Positions 46,369 to 56,873 of a stretch of 64,000 bases of DNA are shown one piece after another. The stretch lies in contig CAZINT010000001.1 in the NCBI GenBank assembly GCA_964540825.1, positions 284,565-348,564 of the forward strand, in the 5' to 3' direction. Position 1 is the first letter of the stretch. Each line of letters starts with the position of its first letter. A model generated the notes under the pieces. That model did not search any database and was not told the origin of the DNA. It was given only the letters and a program-made list of their open reading frames with translations. The translations under genes and the position numbers were made by a program. This DNA comes from an uncultured Gammaproteobacteria bacterium (GTDB lineage: Bacteria > Patescibacteriota > Patescibacteriia > Magasanikbacterales > GWA2-37-8).

Positions 46369-48183
46369 TTAGCGTTTTAAGACTGCGAGGTAGGCTTCGG
46401 TTGGAATTTCAACCTTGCCGTGCGATAACATGCGTTTTTTGCCCTTCTTTTGTTTTTGAAGCAGTTTCATTTTGCGGGTATAGTCGCCGCCGCTCATTTT
46501 GGCGAGCACATCTTTGCGCAGAGCCGACAAACGTTCCGAGGCAATAACTTTGCCGCCAATTGCCGCTTGAATTTTGAGCTCAAACTGTTGGCGCGGGAGC
46601 GATTCTTTCAAAGACTCGGTAATTTTTTTGCCGACAGCGTAGGCCTGATCGCGCCAAACAAGTGTTGATAAGGCTTCTACTTGGTCGTCACCGACGAGTA
46701 CGTCGAGTTTAACCACTTCGGTTGGCTCGTAATTTTTGAATTCATAGTTCATCGAAGCGTATCCCGAGGTAACTGTTTTTAGTTTATCATAAAAATCTGT
46801 AATGAGCGACGCAAGGGGAATGCGGTAATGAATAAGTGCGCGCTGATCGCTTCCCGCGCTCAGGTAGTCGGTTGTCAGGTATTCACCTTTGCGTTCAGCA
46901 ACGAGTCCCATAACCCCGCCCACGTAGTCTTTAGGGGTAATGATATCGAGCGTCATAATTGGTTCTTCAACATGTTCGATGGTCTGACTATCTGGCATTT
47001 CTTGAGGACTTCGAATATAGTAACTTTCACCATTGGTTTTGGTAATATGATACGCTACGCTCGGAACAGTAATAATAATTTCAAGATCATATTCACGTTT
47101 GAGTCGCTCTTGAAAAATATCAAGGTGCAGCATGCCGAGGAATCCACAGCGAAAACCAAATCCCAATGCTTGAGAATGCTCAGGTTCGTAAATCAGGGAT
47201 GAGTCGCTGAGTTTAAGGCGGTCAATCGCGTCACGAAGTTCCTGGTACCCGTCGCCTTCGCGCGGGAAGACACCGGCAAAAACCATTGGCTTTACTTCTT
47301 TATACCCCGGAAGCGGTTCTTTCGCCGCTCCGCTCGTTTTATCGCTATTAAGGAGGGTGATTGTGTCGCCCACGCGGCAGTCGCGCACTTCTTTGAGGCC
47401 GGTAACGATATAGCCAATTTGACTGTTAGATAATTCGTCCGAAGGCGTAAATTTTGGCGAGTAGTGACCCAGCTCTAAAACCTCGGCTGGGGAACGAGTG
47501 GTCATGAGAAAAATTTTTTGTCCTTTTTTGAAACTGCCGTCTACGATGCGTACTGATGCCACAACTCCTTTATATTCATTAAAGGCTGAATCAAAAATAA
47601 GCGCGCGCGCCGGATTGTTTGAACGGTCGGGTGGGGCTGGAACCCGCTCGACAATTGCTTTTAAAATTTCCGGCACGCCTTGGCCGGTTTTGCCGGAAGC
47701 TAAAATAATTTCGCTCGGATCGCAGCCGATCAGATGGACGATTTCGGCCGTGGTCTTTTCAACATTCGCGATCGGCATGTCGATTTTGTTGATAACAGGA
47801 ATGATTTTTAGGTTTTGTTCGAGTGCTAGATACAAATTACCAATCGTTTGCGCTTGCACACCCTGCGTTGCGTCAACGAGGAGAATCGCGCCTTCAACAG
47901 CGGCCAGCGAGCGCGAAACTTCGTAGGTAAAGTCAACGTGCCCGGGGGTATCAATCAAATTTAGTTCATAGTTTGTACCATCTTGCGTGTAGCCCATTTT
48001 GACGGGGGTGAGTTTGATGGTGATGCCACGTTCACGTTCGAGCTCCATAGAGTCAAGGAGCTGGTTTTTCATGTCGCGCTTCGAGACAGTTCCGGTCAAT
48101 TCTAAAAATCGATCAGCCAGCGTTGATTTGCCGTGATCGATATGAGCAATAATACAGAAATTGCGAATGTGATGTGTTCCCAT
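46369..48183 (-). CDS. lepA: Elongation factor 4 (LepA)
   Basis: IRNFCIIAHIDHGKSTLAD, DTPGH, GFRCGFLG.LH, RKDV. Confidence 0.98.
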   Translation of the reverse strand: MGTHHIRNFCIIAHIDHGKSTLADRFLELTGTVSKRDMKNQLLDSMELERERGITIKLTPVKMGYTQDGTNYELNLIDTPGHVDFTYEVSRSLAAVEGAILLVDATQGVQAQTIGNLYLALEQNLKIIPVINKIDMPIANVEKTTAEIVHLIGCDPSEIILASGKTGQGVPEILKAIVERVPAPPDRSNNPARALIFDSAFNEYKGVVASVRIVDGSFKKGQKIFLMTTRSPAEVLELGHYSPKFTPSDELSNSQIGYIVTGLKEVRDCRVGDTITLLNSDKTSGAAKEPLPGYKEVKPMVFAGVFPREGDGYQELRDAIDRLKLSDSSLIYEPEHSQALGFGFRCGFLGMLHLDIFQERLKREYDLEIIITVPSVAYHITKTNGESYYIRSPQEMPDSQTIEHVEEPIMTLDIITPKDYVGGVMGLVAERKGEYLTTDYLSAGSDQRALIHYRIPLASLITDFYDKLKTVTSGYASMNYEFKNYEPTEVVKLDVLVGDDQVEALSTLVWRDQAYAVGKKITESLKESLPRQQFELKIQAAIGGKVIASERLSALRKDVLAKMSGGDYTRKMKLLQKQKKGKKRMLSHGKVEIPTEAYLAVLKR

Positions 48184-48188
48184 ATATT

Positions 48189-49799
48189 TTACAGTTCAGC
48201 CATTCCTTCTTTAAGGGGGCGCAGCTTAAGCCAGCGCTTTTTAAGACTGCCGGTCAAAAGCCTCATTTCATCGACTTGCAGCAGGTAGCAAATAGCGAAG
48301 TATACGAGCAGGCCTACTGTACCAGAAGCAACGCCATGAATCAATATACCCCAAAAACGGGTCATGTTGACGAGGTCGGCAAGGGGGGTTTTGAGGTACT
48401 GAATAACGAGGGCCATGGGGATCCCGGCCAGAGCCAGTTTAAAAACTAAATGCGTTATTTTTTCGCCTTCAAGGGGGATCATTTTGGCCCGTAAAAAACC
48501 AACTAAGAGAATGAGGTTTAGGGTTGCTCCAATGGAAGTAGCAAGAGCCAGACCAGATACACCGAGCGGCCGCATAAGCAGAAGGGCTGAAATGATGCTG
48601 ATAAGTTCGCTGATAACGCCAATCGCAAAAGGAGTGCGGGTATCGCTGAGGGCGTAAAAACCGCGTACTACGAGCGGGATGAGGCACTGCGCAAATAACC
48701 CGAAAGCAAAGAATGCCAGGGCGTTGGCAGTTGTTACCGTTGCCGTCCAGCTAAATTCGCCGCTGCCAAGAATGGTGCGAACGATCTGGGCGCGCAGCAG
48801 CAAAATGACAATTGAAGCCGGCACAATCAGAAACAGAATTTGCCGGGCGGTAAGAGAAATATTTTTGCTAAATTCGGCTTGGTTGTTTTCCGCTACGGCG
48901 GCTGAAAGCACGGGGAACACAGCCAGCGCAAAGGGAATGCCGATAAGTCCGGTTGCAACACCTTGTAAATTATTGGCATAGTTATACGCAGCCACGCTAC
49001 CGATGGGCAAAAGAGATGCCAGAATAGTGACGACAACGGTATTAAATTGAGTTATCGCCAGCCCAAGGGTGCGTGGAATCATGAGGCGGCCCACGAGCCG
49101 TGTATTGCTCTCTTTGAGGTTAAAAATTTTTTGCCATCGATACCCAGCATGCCAAGCGCCGAGCGTTTGCATAACGCAGTGCATGCTTGCGCCAAGTACG
49201 ACGCCCCAGGCTAACCCCGAGATGCCGAGGATGGGAACAAGAAGTGTTGCTCCGATAATAATTCCCAGATTATAAAATACCGGTGCAAATGAGTAGAGTA
49301 AAAAATGTTTGAGCGACTGGAGTATGCCGCCCATGACCATTGAAATCCCCAGAAAAACCGGCGATAAAAATAAAATACGGGTAAAGGTGATAACCATCGC
49401 TTGGTTTTGAGGGGTAAAACCGGGCGCAATGAGTTTGGCTATCCAAGGGGAAGCAATCATGCCAATTCCGGAGACTGTCACGAGGGCGATGCCTATAATG
49501 TTAAGGATATTGTTGGCGAGTCGCCAGGCCGCAGGTTTCCCGTTTTCATGATTAAATAATTTGGTAAATGTGGGTATGAAGCCCGCAGTAAGGGCGCCGA
49601 CAATGAGGAGGTTATAAATAAGATCGGGAATTTTGAAGGCTGCGTAATAAGCGTCGATGACCGGTCCGCCGCCATAATAATGCGCGAGTATATGATCTCG
49701 CGCGATGCCAACAGCACGGCTGAGTAGCGTTGCAAGTGAAATAATAACCGCCGCACCGGTAATGGACTTCGAAGGGGTAACAAGGAATTTAGGAAGCAC
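48189..49799 (-). CDS. murJ: Lipid II flippase MurJ (MviN)
   Basis: LSRAVGIARD, DAYYAAFKIPD, GFYALSDTRTP; many TMs. Confidence 0.95.
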   Translation of the reverse strand: MLPKFLVTPSKSITGAAVIISLATLLSRAVGIARDHILAHYYGGGPVIDAYYAAFKIPDLIYNLLIVGALTAGFIPTFTKLFNHENGKPAAWRLANNILNIIGIALVTVSGIGMIASPWIAKLIAPGFTPQNQAMVITFTRILFLSPVFLGISMVMGGILQSLKHFLLYSFAPVFYNLGIIIGATLLVPILGISGLAWGVVLGASMHCVMQTLGAWHAGYRWQKIFNLKESNTRLVGRLMIPRTLGLAITQFNTVVVTILASLLPIGSVAAYNYANNLQGVATGLIGIPFALAVFPVLSAAVAENNQAEFSKNISLTARQILFLIVPASIVILLLRAQIVRTILGSGEFSWTATVTTANALAFFAFGLFAQCLIPLVVRGFYALSDTRTPFAIGVISELISIISALLLMRPLGVSGLALATSIGATLNLILLVGFLRAKMIPLEGEKITHLVFKLALAGIPMALVIQYLKTPLADLVNMTRFWGILIHGVASGTVGLLVYFAICYLLQVDEMRLLTGSLKKRWLKLRPLKEGMAEL

Positions 49800-49808
49800 A
49801 AGAGAAAA

Positions 49809-50471
49809 TTAAGGTGTTGGTAGGTTAACGGTTAAAAGCGCGTAATCAGTACCGGGTCTAACAGTTTCGTCGCCCTGCGCTTCAAGGCTGCCGGTAGTGC
49901 CGTCCGGCCCGCTGAATACAATTTGAAGCGATGTTTTACCCTTTGTTTCTTCGTCAATTGTATACCTTTGTCTCAGCAGCTGATTTTTGTAGTATGAAAT
50001 GACGAAACTTGGTTCCGCATCCATGTTTTGCCATTCGATCTGAACCGTATCGTGCGCATCGCTGACCGGAGTTGTAAGAAGTTGCCACATTTTACTAGCC
50101 ACCGCTGTGTTGTTGTCATTGGTAGCGTCTTCTGTATCCATGGCGAGGAAAATGGGGGAGAGAATAAGTTTGGGAAAGAGGGCGGCAATTTCTACCCCGC
50201 GGCTTTTATACTTTCCGGAAATAAAAGTGATGCGTTCAATAGCGTCTTTATCGTACACAGGGATGGCGGCCGGGAAATTAGCGGGAACAGCAGCCAGTTT
50301 TTCTGGGCCCTTGCCGGCTGCAAAGCGAAGCGCGATAACGCCGCCAACCAGGAAAATGAGAACAGATAAACAGCCAAACAAGCAGCCCCGTTTAAAGCCG
50401 CCGCCACGTTTGGTGAGTTCGCCAATTGGCGGGTCAACAATTTCAACGTTTTTTATTAAATCATCCCGCAT
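49809..50471 (-). CDS. Hypothetical single-TM protein
   Basis: GCLFGCL then TM; P.NFP..IPVY motif; start ATG 50471. Confidence 0.7.
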   Translation of the reverse strand: MRDDLIKNVEIVDPPIGELTKRGGGFKRGCLFGCLSVLIFLVGGVIALRFAAGKGPEKLAAVPANFPAAIPVYDKDAIERITFISGKYKSRGVEIAALFPKLILSPIFLAMDTEDATNDNNTAVASKMWQLLTTPVSDAHDTVQIEWQNMDAEPSFVISYYKNQLLRQRYTIDEETKGKTSLQIVFSGPDGTTGSLEAQGDETVRPGTDYALLTVNLPTP

Positions 50472-50563
50472 AGATACTCCTGAGTATACCAAAGTTTTTT
50501 TTTATTGCCAATTATGCTATTCTAACCATACACGTCTCTTTCTACGTCATTTTTGTAGTAACT

Positions 50564-51784
50564 ATGGCAGAAAAATACCCAGGACCCTACGGCGAACGGC
50601 CTGAGGGAGCAATACCGCAACGCGTGGACGACCCACAACTTTCCGACCGCGTGCTTTTGGCGCGTCAGCTTCCGGATGTCAAAAATGAAGTCTCGCAGGA
50701 ATTCGATATGGCGGATTCTTTGGAAGAGCAAGAAGCTTTTCTTAAAAAGAAGATGCTGGTCTGTTCTGAACTGCACCAGCTTTTAGAGCGATTTAATCGC
50801 AGCGATGTCAATAAGCAGCTTAATAAAGAACGAACTGCCTTAAAGCGGCTCAGAGGCCGCCAGGCGCGGGTTGGAATGGTTGAGCGGCCGCTGCTCCTGG
50901 CTTGTTATGAAGATCTGAATAATTTGCTTGAAATATTTTCTCCGCTGCGTTTTTCAAAAAATATACAAGTGTTAGAGTTTATGGATCGAGTGATCGATGG
51001 TATCCCTGTCCTTGCTCAGGAGGTGAATGAACTTATTGCGCGTGTCCGGCCGCTGACTGACCCTGCTATGGTCAGCGGAATTATTGAACAGCCCCAATTA
51101 AATACAGATACGCCTGCATCAGGCGCAGTGTTAGGAAAACCGCCGAGCGTCATAACGGCCGTTGATCAGGAGCGAGCGGTTTTTGAAGACAATATGCCCA
51201 CCGTAGAATTTGAAATACCCGAAACGAAACCTCAGCCGCGTCCTTCGCAATCATGGTGGAAAAGGTCGTCGATTCATGCGCTGGCTGTGGCGGCCGGTTT
51301 AGCTGCGGGATCGCCCGAATCTACCAGACAGGCGATCGACGGGGTGATCCGTAAGCCGCAGCAACATAGTGAACTTCGGCTTCCTCAGGAGCGTGATAAG
51401 CAATCCAGCGAAGTGGCGCCTGCCTATGAAAAGTTTCGAGAACTTGGAGCAGCTATGGAAGCTAACTCGCTTCGCCTTAGTGCACCACGACTCGATCGTT
51501 CACTCTACTGGGTTTTTTTGGAAGCCGGGAAAGATCAGAATATAACGCATCGTGCCTGGAAAGATAACGCCGAAGTCGAGGATCAGTCCCGCTGGGCAGC
51601 TAAATGGGCGGCGCAATTACTTGAAAATGGACGTGTTAATAAAAAGTTTATTAAGCAAGGCACTATCAATGCGGACGCAATTCGGGCCATTAGTTCATAC
51701 GAGGGTGGCGTTCTGACCATTCGGGATACTGCCGGCTTTTATGAGCGGTTAGTAAAGCCCTTATTAGATTTTAAACGTGATTAA
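50564..51784 (+). CDS. Hypothetical protein
   Basis: 406-aa ORF, no recognised domain. Confidence 0.75.
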   Translation: MAEKYPGPYGERPEGAIPQRVDDPQLSDRVLLARQLPDVKNEVSQEFDMADSLEEQEAFLKKKMLVCSELHQLLERFNRSDVNKQLNKERTALKRLRGRQARVGMVERPLLLACYEDLNNLLEIFSPLRFSKNIQVLEFMDRVIDGIPVLAQEVNELIARVRPLTDPAMVSGIIEQPQLNTDTPASGAVLGKPPSVITAVDQERAVFEDNMPTVEFEIPETKPQPRPSQSWWKRSSIHALAVAAGLAAGSPESTRQAIDGVIRKPQQHSELRLPQERDKQSSEVAPAYEKFRELGAAMEANSLRLSAPRLDRSLYWVFLEAGKDQNITHRAWKDNAEVEDQSRWAAKWAAQLLENGRVNKKFIKQGTINADAIRAISSYEGGVLTIRDTAGFYERLVKPLLDFKRD

Positions 51785-51792
51785 TATATTTT

Positions 51793-53163
51793 ATGCAAGT
51801 TACTTTTCTTGGAGCGGCTGGTGAAGTTACCGGATCATGCAGTTTGGTTGAAGCGGCAGGACAAAAAATACTTATTGATTGCGGGATGTTTCAAGGCGGT
51901 GATTTCAATGAAGCGAAAAATCACGACCCACTGCCGTTTGACCCCAAAGAGCTTTCGGCCGTGCTGATTACGCATGCGCACCTTGACCATATCGGGCGCC
52001 TGCCCCTACTCATTAAAGGCGGTTTTACGCATCATATTTATGCTACCGCGCCCACCTGCGAATTAATCGAGCTTATATTAACTGATGCGTATCAGGTAAT
52101 GGAATATAATTTTCGTAAACTGGGTATGCCGCTTCTCTATAATGAAACCGATATTGCCGGTGTCATGGAGCGCGTTAAGCCGATTACATACCACGAGCCG
52201 CTGAGCTTGGCTAAAATCGGGTCAGCGGAAGAAATTATTGCCACCTGGTACGATTCAGGACATATTTTTGGGGCCGGTTTTATTCAGCTGGAAACCGAAG
52301 GCAAAAAAGTTGTTTTCACAGGCGACGTCGGTAATGCGAATATGCCGATCTTGCGCGAGACTGAACCCTTGCCCGAAAATTTAGATTTACTTGTGTGTGA
52401 ATCGACGTATGGAAACCGATCGCACGAAATGCCAGCGGTGCGTCAAAAGTTAATTGAGACAATGGTGTCCGAAGCTATTGCTCGCGGCGGCGTACTCATG
52501 ATTCCATCGTTTTCACTCGAGCGCACCCAAGAATTAATTTACGATTTGAACGATTTGGTTGATCGCCAACATGACTTGCCGCGCGTGCCGATTTTTTTAG
52601 ATAGTCCTTTGGCAATCGGAGCCTTGCGCGTGTATCGCAGATACCCTGAGTATTATGATGAAAAGGCCAAAGCACTGTACCAAGCAGGGGATGATCTTTT
52701 TCAATTTCCTGGCCTTACCATGTGCGAGACACGCGAAGAATCTAAAAAAATTAACAATACGCCCGGCCCGAAAATTATTATCGCGGGCGCGGGTATGATG
52801 AATGGCGGGCGAATTGTGCACCATGCACTTCGCTATTTATCCGATGAGCGTAATACGCTTTTAATTATCGGTTACCAAGCCGAAGGCACGCTGGGCAGGC
52901 AAATTTTGGATGGTGAGTCGCCGGTGCGCGTGATGAAAGAGCTTGTTGCTGTAAAGTGCCAGGTAAAAGCAATTGGCGCCCTGTCAGCCCATGCTGACCA
53001 AAATAAACTTACCAAATGGATTGCTGATCTGAAATATAAGCCTAAGCAAATTATGCTTAATCACGGCGAGGCACATACCTCGGCATCACTCGCTGAAAAA
53101 TTGCGCACTGAAGTTGGGGTAGAAGTGAGTGTTGCAAGTCCGCTTTTGACCATCGAGATTTAA
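51793..53163 (+). CDS. MBL-fold beta-CASP ribonuclease
   Basis: GAAGEVTGS, THAHLDH, SGHIFG, ESTYG, SAHAD, HGE. Confidence 0.93.
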   Translation: MQVTFLGAAGEVTGSCSLVEAAGQKILIDCGMFQGGDFNEAKNHDPLPFDPKELSAVLITHAHLDHIGRLPLLIKGGFTHHIYATAPTCELIELILTDAYQVMEYNFRKLGMPLLYNETDIAGVMERVKPITYHEPLSLAKIGSAEEIIATWYDSGHIFGAGFIQLETEGKKVVFTGDVGNANMPILRETEPLPENLDLLVCESTYGNRSHEMPAVRQKLIETMVSEAIARGGVLMIPSFSLERTQELIYDLNDLVDRQHDLPRVPIFLDSPLAIGALRVYRRYPEYYDEKAKALYQAGDDLFQFPGLTMCETREESKKINNTPGPKIIIAGAGMMNGGRIVHHALRYLSDERNTLLIIGYQAEGTLGRQILDGESPVRVMKELVAVKCQVKAIGALSAHADQNKLTKWIADLKYKPKQIMLNHGEAHTSASLAEKLRTEVGVEVSVASPLLTIEI

Positions 53164-53172
53164 AAAAAGTAC

Positions 53173-53181
53173 TTATCCACA
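53173..53181 (+). promoter_or_regulatory. Consensus DnaA box
   Basis: TTATCCACA, single intergenic copy. Confidence 0.45.
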
Positions 53182-53183
53182 AG

Positions 53184-53217
53184 AATCCCACACTTAAAAG
53201 CTAGTGTGGGATTTTTT
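53184..53217 (+). terminator. Intrinsic terminator
   Basis: AATCCCACACT-taaaagct-AGTGTGGGATT followed by T run. Confidence 0.8.
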
Positions 53218-53260
53218 GTTATATCTTAGCCAAAAAAATACCAAAATCATTTTGGGTTGA

Positions 53261-53320
53261 AGTGTTGACTGGTGCACTACAGTGGTGTAAAATGGAAGCA
53301 CGTGGGGAAAAGTGGTGAAA
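53261..53320 (+). promoter_or_regulatory. mraZ promoter with MraZ-box repeats
   Basis: TTGACT-17 bp-TAAAAT overlapped by GTG(G) repeats at 10-bp period. Confidence 0.8.
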
Positions 53321-53370
53321 ATTTTGAGACAATGCTTGTCTTTCAGAACTTCACCCTACTTACAAAAACT

Positions 53371-53802
53371 ATGTTTATCGGCGAATACTCCCACTCACTT
53401 GACGACAAGGGCCGCATCGCGATCCCGATTAAGTTTCGAAACGAACTTAAAAAGGGTGGCGTGGTAACCCGCGGGCTCGATAACTGTTTATTTTTCTATA
53501 CCAAAACGGAATGGGAAAAATTAGCAGAAAAATTATCGGCCTTGCCAATCTCGCAATCAAACAGTCGTGCCTTTGCACGCCTGATGCTGGCGGGTGCCAT
53601 GGACGTCGAAGTCGATAAGCAGGGTCGCATCATTATCCCTGAATACCTGCGCCAATTTGCCGGGTTCAAAAAAGATGTGGTCATTGCCGGGCTTTATAGC
53701 CGGCTCGAACTCTGGGACGCCGAAAAATGGGCAGCCTATAAACTACAAACCGAAAGTGAAAGCAGTGTTATCGCGGAGCGAATGGGGGAGCTTGGCGTGT
53801 AA
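53371..53802 (+). CDS. mraZ: Transcriptional regulator MraZ
   Basis: MFIGEY.HSLDDKGRIAIP and DKQGRIIIP; start ATG 53371. Confidence 0.97.
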   Translation: MFIGEYSHSLDDKGRIAIPIKFRNELKKGGVVTRGLDNCLFFYTKTEWEKLAEKLSALPISQSNSRAFARLMLAGAMDVEVDKQGRIIIPEYLRQFAGFKKDVVIAGLYSRLELWDAEKWAAYKLQTESESSVIAERMGELGV

Positions 53803-53829
53803 GCAAGAATTAGTCATTAGCACACGCAT

Positions 53830-54744
53830 ATGGATAGACATGTACCGGTACTCCTTACAGAAGTCATTGACACGCTCAACTTACAAAAAGGTTTGCACGT
53901 CGTTGACTGCACGCTTGGCGACGCAGGGCACAGCGAAAAGATCCTTGAAAAAATTGGTCCGAACGGAAAATTGCTTGGTATCGATGCTGATACTGAATCG
54001 CTCCTTAGGGCTAAATTAAATCTGTACCGTTTTGAAAACCAAGTAACGTTTGTTCATGGAAATTTTGCTGATTTGCAAAAAATCCTGAATGAAAAAGAGT
54101 TCGCACCGGTCGACCGGATACTCATGGACTTGGGCTGGTCAACACCGCAATTTGCCGAGCGAGGGCGGGGATTCAGTTTTGAAAAGAGTGAGCCGTTAGA
54201 CATGCGGTATGGCACGAAGTTTGAAAGTGACTATACGACTGCAGCTGACATTGTGAATACCGCCGATGAAGAAGAGCTGGTCAAAATTTTTAAGCGGTAC
54301 GGTGAAGAAGATTTGAGTAAAGAAATTGCAGAAGCAATTGTAGGGCAGCGAAAAGTGGCGCCGATTGAAAAGACCAATGAGTTGGTAGAAATTATTCTAA
54401 AAGTCTACCGCACTAAATTAAAAAGCACCAAAGAAATTCCGTGGATTGGAGGTCTGCACCCGGCTACTAAAGTTTTTCAAGCGCTCCGGATCGCTGTTAA
54501 TCACGAGCTTGAGGTACTCGAACAAGCATTGCCTCAAGCAGTGGTCGCACTCAGGGGTGGAGGAAGACTGGCAGTTATTTCCTTTCATTCGCTTGAAGAC
54601 AGAATCGTCAAACATTTTTTCCAAAGTTTACCAGCCAAAGAATTCAAAATTATTACTAAAAAACCACTTATGGCTTCGGACGAAGAGGTCGCTAAAAATG
54701 CGCCATCTCGAAGCGCTAAACTCAGGGTTATTGAAAAAGTTTAA
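53830..54744 (+). CDS. rsmH: 16S rRNA m4C1402 methyltransferase RsmH
   Basis: HVPVLL.E, DCTLG.AGHS, PLDMR, FQALRIAVN, SFHSLEDRIVK. Confidence 0.97.
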   Translation: MDRHVPVLLTEVIDTLNLQKGLHVVDCTLGDAGHSEKILEKIGPNGKLLGIDADTESLLRAKLNLYRFENQVTFVHGNFADLQKILNEKEFAPVDRILMDLGWSTPQFAERGRGFSFEKSEPLDMRYGTKFESDYTTAADIVNTADEEELVKIFKRYGEEDLSKEIAEAIVGQRKVAPIEKTNELVEIILKVYRTKLKSTKEIPWIGGLHPATKVFQALRIAVNHELEVLEQALPQAVVALRGGGRLAVISFHSLEDRIVKHFFQSLPAKEFKIITKKPLMASDEEVAKNAPSRSAKLRVIEKV

Positions 54745-54792
54745 AGCTGCCCCAACTACCACTAGGAGGGAACAGGGAAAACGTTAGAAAAT

Positions 54793-55161
54793 ATGTCACT
54801 TAAACGACAGTTTATTGGCCAATATACCCAGGTACTACGTTTTTTTCAGGCGCTCGAGCTGCCCGGTTGGATGACTGGCACCCGAATGCGTATCGCCCTT
54901 TTGGCGATGCTAGTCGTGACCAGTATGGCCTATGTGCTTCGCACTGGGTCATCGGTTGCACTGGGCTATGAGATCAAAGGGTATGAAACGGCTATTGCTG
55001 AGTTGACTGCCGAGCAGCAAAAAATGGAAGTAGAAGTGGCAACGTATCGCTCCATGAACAGTGTGCAGGCGCGCTTAGCTGAATTAAAAATGGTCCCGGT
55101 CGCCCGTATTAATCGGGTAAATGGATCTCAAACAACAGATTTGGCTATTGCCAAAAAGTAA
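54793..55161 (+). CDS. Putative cell division protein FtsL-like
   Basis: Single TM plus coiled coil, position directly after rsmH. Confidence 0.65.
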   Translation: MSLKRQFIGQYTQVLRFFQALELPGWMTGTRMRIALLAMLVVTSMAYVLRTGSSVALGYEIKGYETAIAELTAEQQKMEVEVATYRSMNSVQARLAELKMVPVARINRVNGSQTTDLAIAKK

Positions 55162-55198
55162 GCTTTTGTTTTGAAAAATATTTTTTGTATGCTACTCT

Positions 55199-55231
55199 AA
55201 AAGCCATCTCACGTTGTTGAGATGGCTTTTT
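55199..55231 (+). terminator. Intrinsic terminator
   Basis: AAAAGCCATCTC-acgttgtt-GAGATGGCTTTTT. Confidence 0.8.
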
Positions 55232-55250
55232 GGTAAGACATGGTTTTTGT

Positions 55251-56297
55251 ATGTTGGTGTATTTTTTAGCTGCTGTCGTAATTTCAATTGTTGCCACCCT
55301 GGTTGTTCGTAAAGTAGCAGTGCTTTTAGAAATCGTAGACGTTCCGGATGGGGAGCGTAAACTACACGCTGTCCGGACACCGCTCCTTGGCGGTGTAGCA
55401 CTCTACGTTTCGTTTTGGTTGGTTGTACTCTATGTTGCGCGAGCGACAACACTTCTTACTCCGCATATCACGCCAGAGCAGCTTTGGGGCATCTTTTGGG
55501 CCACCACGCTTATTGTAGTCATGGGAATTTTAGACGACCGGCAGTCAGTGGCGCCCTGGATTCGCATGCTGGTTACGGCGCTCGCTGCGCTCATTGTTAT
55601 TGGCACTGGTATTGGCCTTGGCGAAGTTACTAACCCTTGGGGCGGAAGTATTAATCTTCAGGTGTGGAATGTCCAGGTGGGAACTTTTGGCGTTTTTAGT
55701 ATAGTGGCGAGCTTTGTCACTTTTTTGTGGCTCATGGGGATGATGTACACCACAAAAATTTTAGACGGGCTCGATGGGCTGTCTTCTGGAATTACGGGGG
55801 TAGGTTTTTTGATGATTTTTTTGCTGACGCATACTAAAAAGTTTTTTCAGCCCGATGTTGGACTTTTAGCACTCATCGCGCTGGGCGCGGTGCTGGGTTT
55901 TCTTATTTTTAATTTTCATCCTGCCTCAATTTTTTTGGGTGAAAGCGGCAGTCTCTTTATTGGTTTTATTTTAGGCATCCTGGCTATTATTTCCGGAGGT
56001 AAAATTGCCACAGCACTTCTCGTAATGGCTGTGCCGGCGCTTGATCTTTTGCGCGTCATTTATGTTCGGTTTAATCGTGAGCAGCCTGTTTTTAAAGGCG
56101 ATCGAGAACACCTGCATTTTCGCCTGCGGGACGCTGGGTTTAGCGAGCGAACGACGGTTGTGTTTATGTATGTAGTGGCGTTTCTCTTTGGACTAACTAC
56201 GCTAACGCTTCAAAGCCGCGTTAAATTTGCGGCGCTTGGCCTCTTGGCCGCGGCCATGCTGCTCGTGGCTATATGGCTTAATAAAAAGAAAAAATAA
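55251..56297 (+). CDS. WecA/TagO-type undecaprenyl-phosphate GlcNAc-1-phosphate transferase (MraY family)
   Basis: RKLH..TPLLGG, GILDD, DGLDGL, FNFHPASIFLG, DREHLHFRL. Confidence 0.9.
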   Translation: MLVYFLAAVVISIVATLVVRKVAVLLEIVDVPDGERKLHAVRTPLLGGVALYVSFWLVVLYVARATTLLTPHITPEQLWGIFWATTLIVVMGILDDRQSVAPWIRMLVTALAALIVIGTGIGLGEVTNPWGGSINLQVWNVQVGTFGVFSIVASFVTFLWLMGMMYTTKILDGLDGLSSGITGVGFLMIFLLTHTKKFFQPDVGLLALIALGAVLGFLIFNFHPASIFLGESGSLFIGFILGILAIISGGKIATALLVMAVPALDLLRVIYVRFNREQPVFKGDREHLHFRLRDAGFSERTTVVFMYVVAFLFGLTTLTLQSRVKFAALGLLAAAMLLVAIWLNKKKK

Positions 56298-56303
56298 GTG
56301 TAT

Positions 56304-56795
56304 ATGTTTGGAAAAAAACAAGCTGCAACAATGTCTTCACGCACGTTTAAGGTGTGGCACGCACTTTTTTTTGTGGCGATGATTGTGGTGGCGCTCGGTA
56401 TCTGGTTTGCGACTTTATATTGGCCTAAGGCAATTGTTCGGGTTGGCGGTCAAGATGTGAAAGTCCTCGTGGCGCATACCCCTGCACACTGGTTTAAGGG
56501 CCTGAGTGATCGTAAAAGTTTGGGTAAATACGGCGGTATGCTTTTTGTGTTTCCAGCCAGCGAGCAGCACCCCATGGTTATGCGAGATATGAAGTTTTCA
56601 CTTGATATTATTTGGATTCAAAATGGGTTAATTGTGGATATTGCCCCCAATTTAGCCCCGGATCCTTCACCAACCGAATCGGGGCTTGTAGTTTATGCAG
56701 CCCGCCTGCCGTCTGACAGTGTTCTTGAACTTCCGGCTGGTTTTGCTCAAGAGCATGGTCTCGCTGTGGGGGATAGCGTGGTTGTGGCTCGCTAG
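56304..56795 (+). CDS. DUF192 domain protein
   Basis: GLSDR, GMLFVF, MRDMKFSLDIIWI, VLELPAG. Confidence 0.9.
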   Translation: MFGKKQAATMSSRTFKVWHALFFVAMIVVALGIWFATLYWPKAIVRVGGQDVKVLVAHTPAHWFKGLSDRKSLGKYGGMLFVFPASEQHPMVMRDMKFSLDIIWIQNGLIVDIAPNLAPDPSPTESGLVVYAARLPSDSVLELPAGFAQEHGLAVGDSVVVAR

Positions 56796-56873
56796 GGCTT
56801 GACTAACAATAGGGTTTTTGGTATACTAAGCCCACTTTTACACTTAGCATTATTATACATCTAAAGACTTCGT

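Noticed and set aside
53173-53181. Replication origin
   Set aside because: Only one consensus DnaA box, and no dnaA or dnaN nearby.
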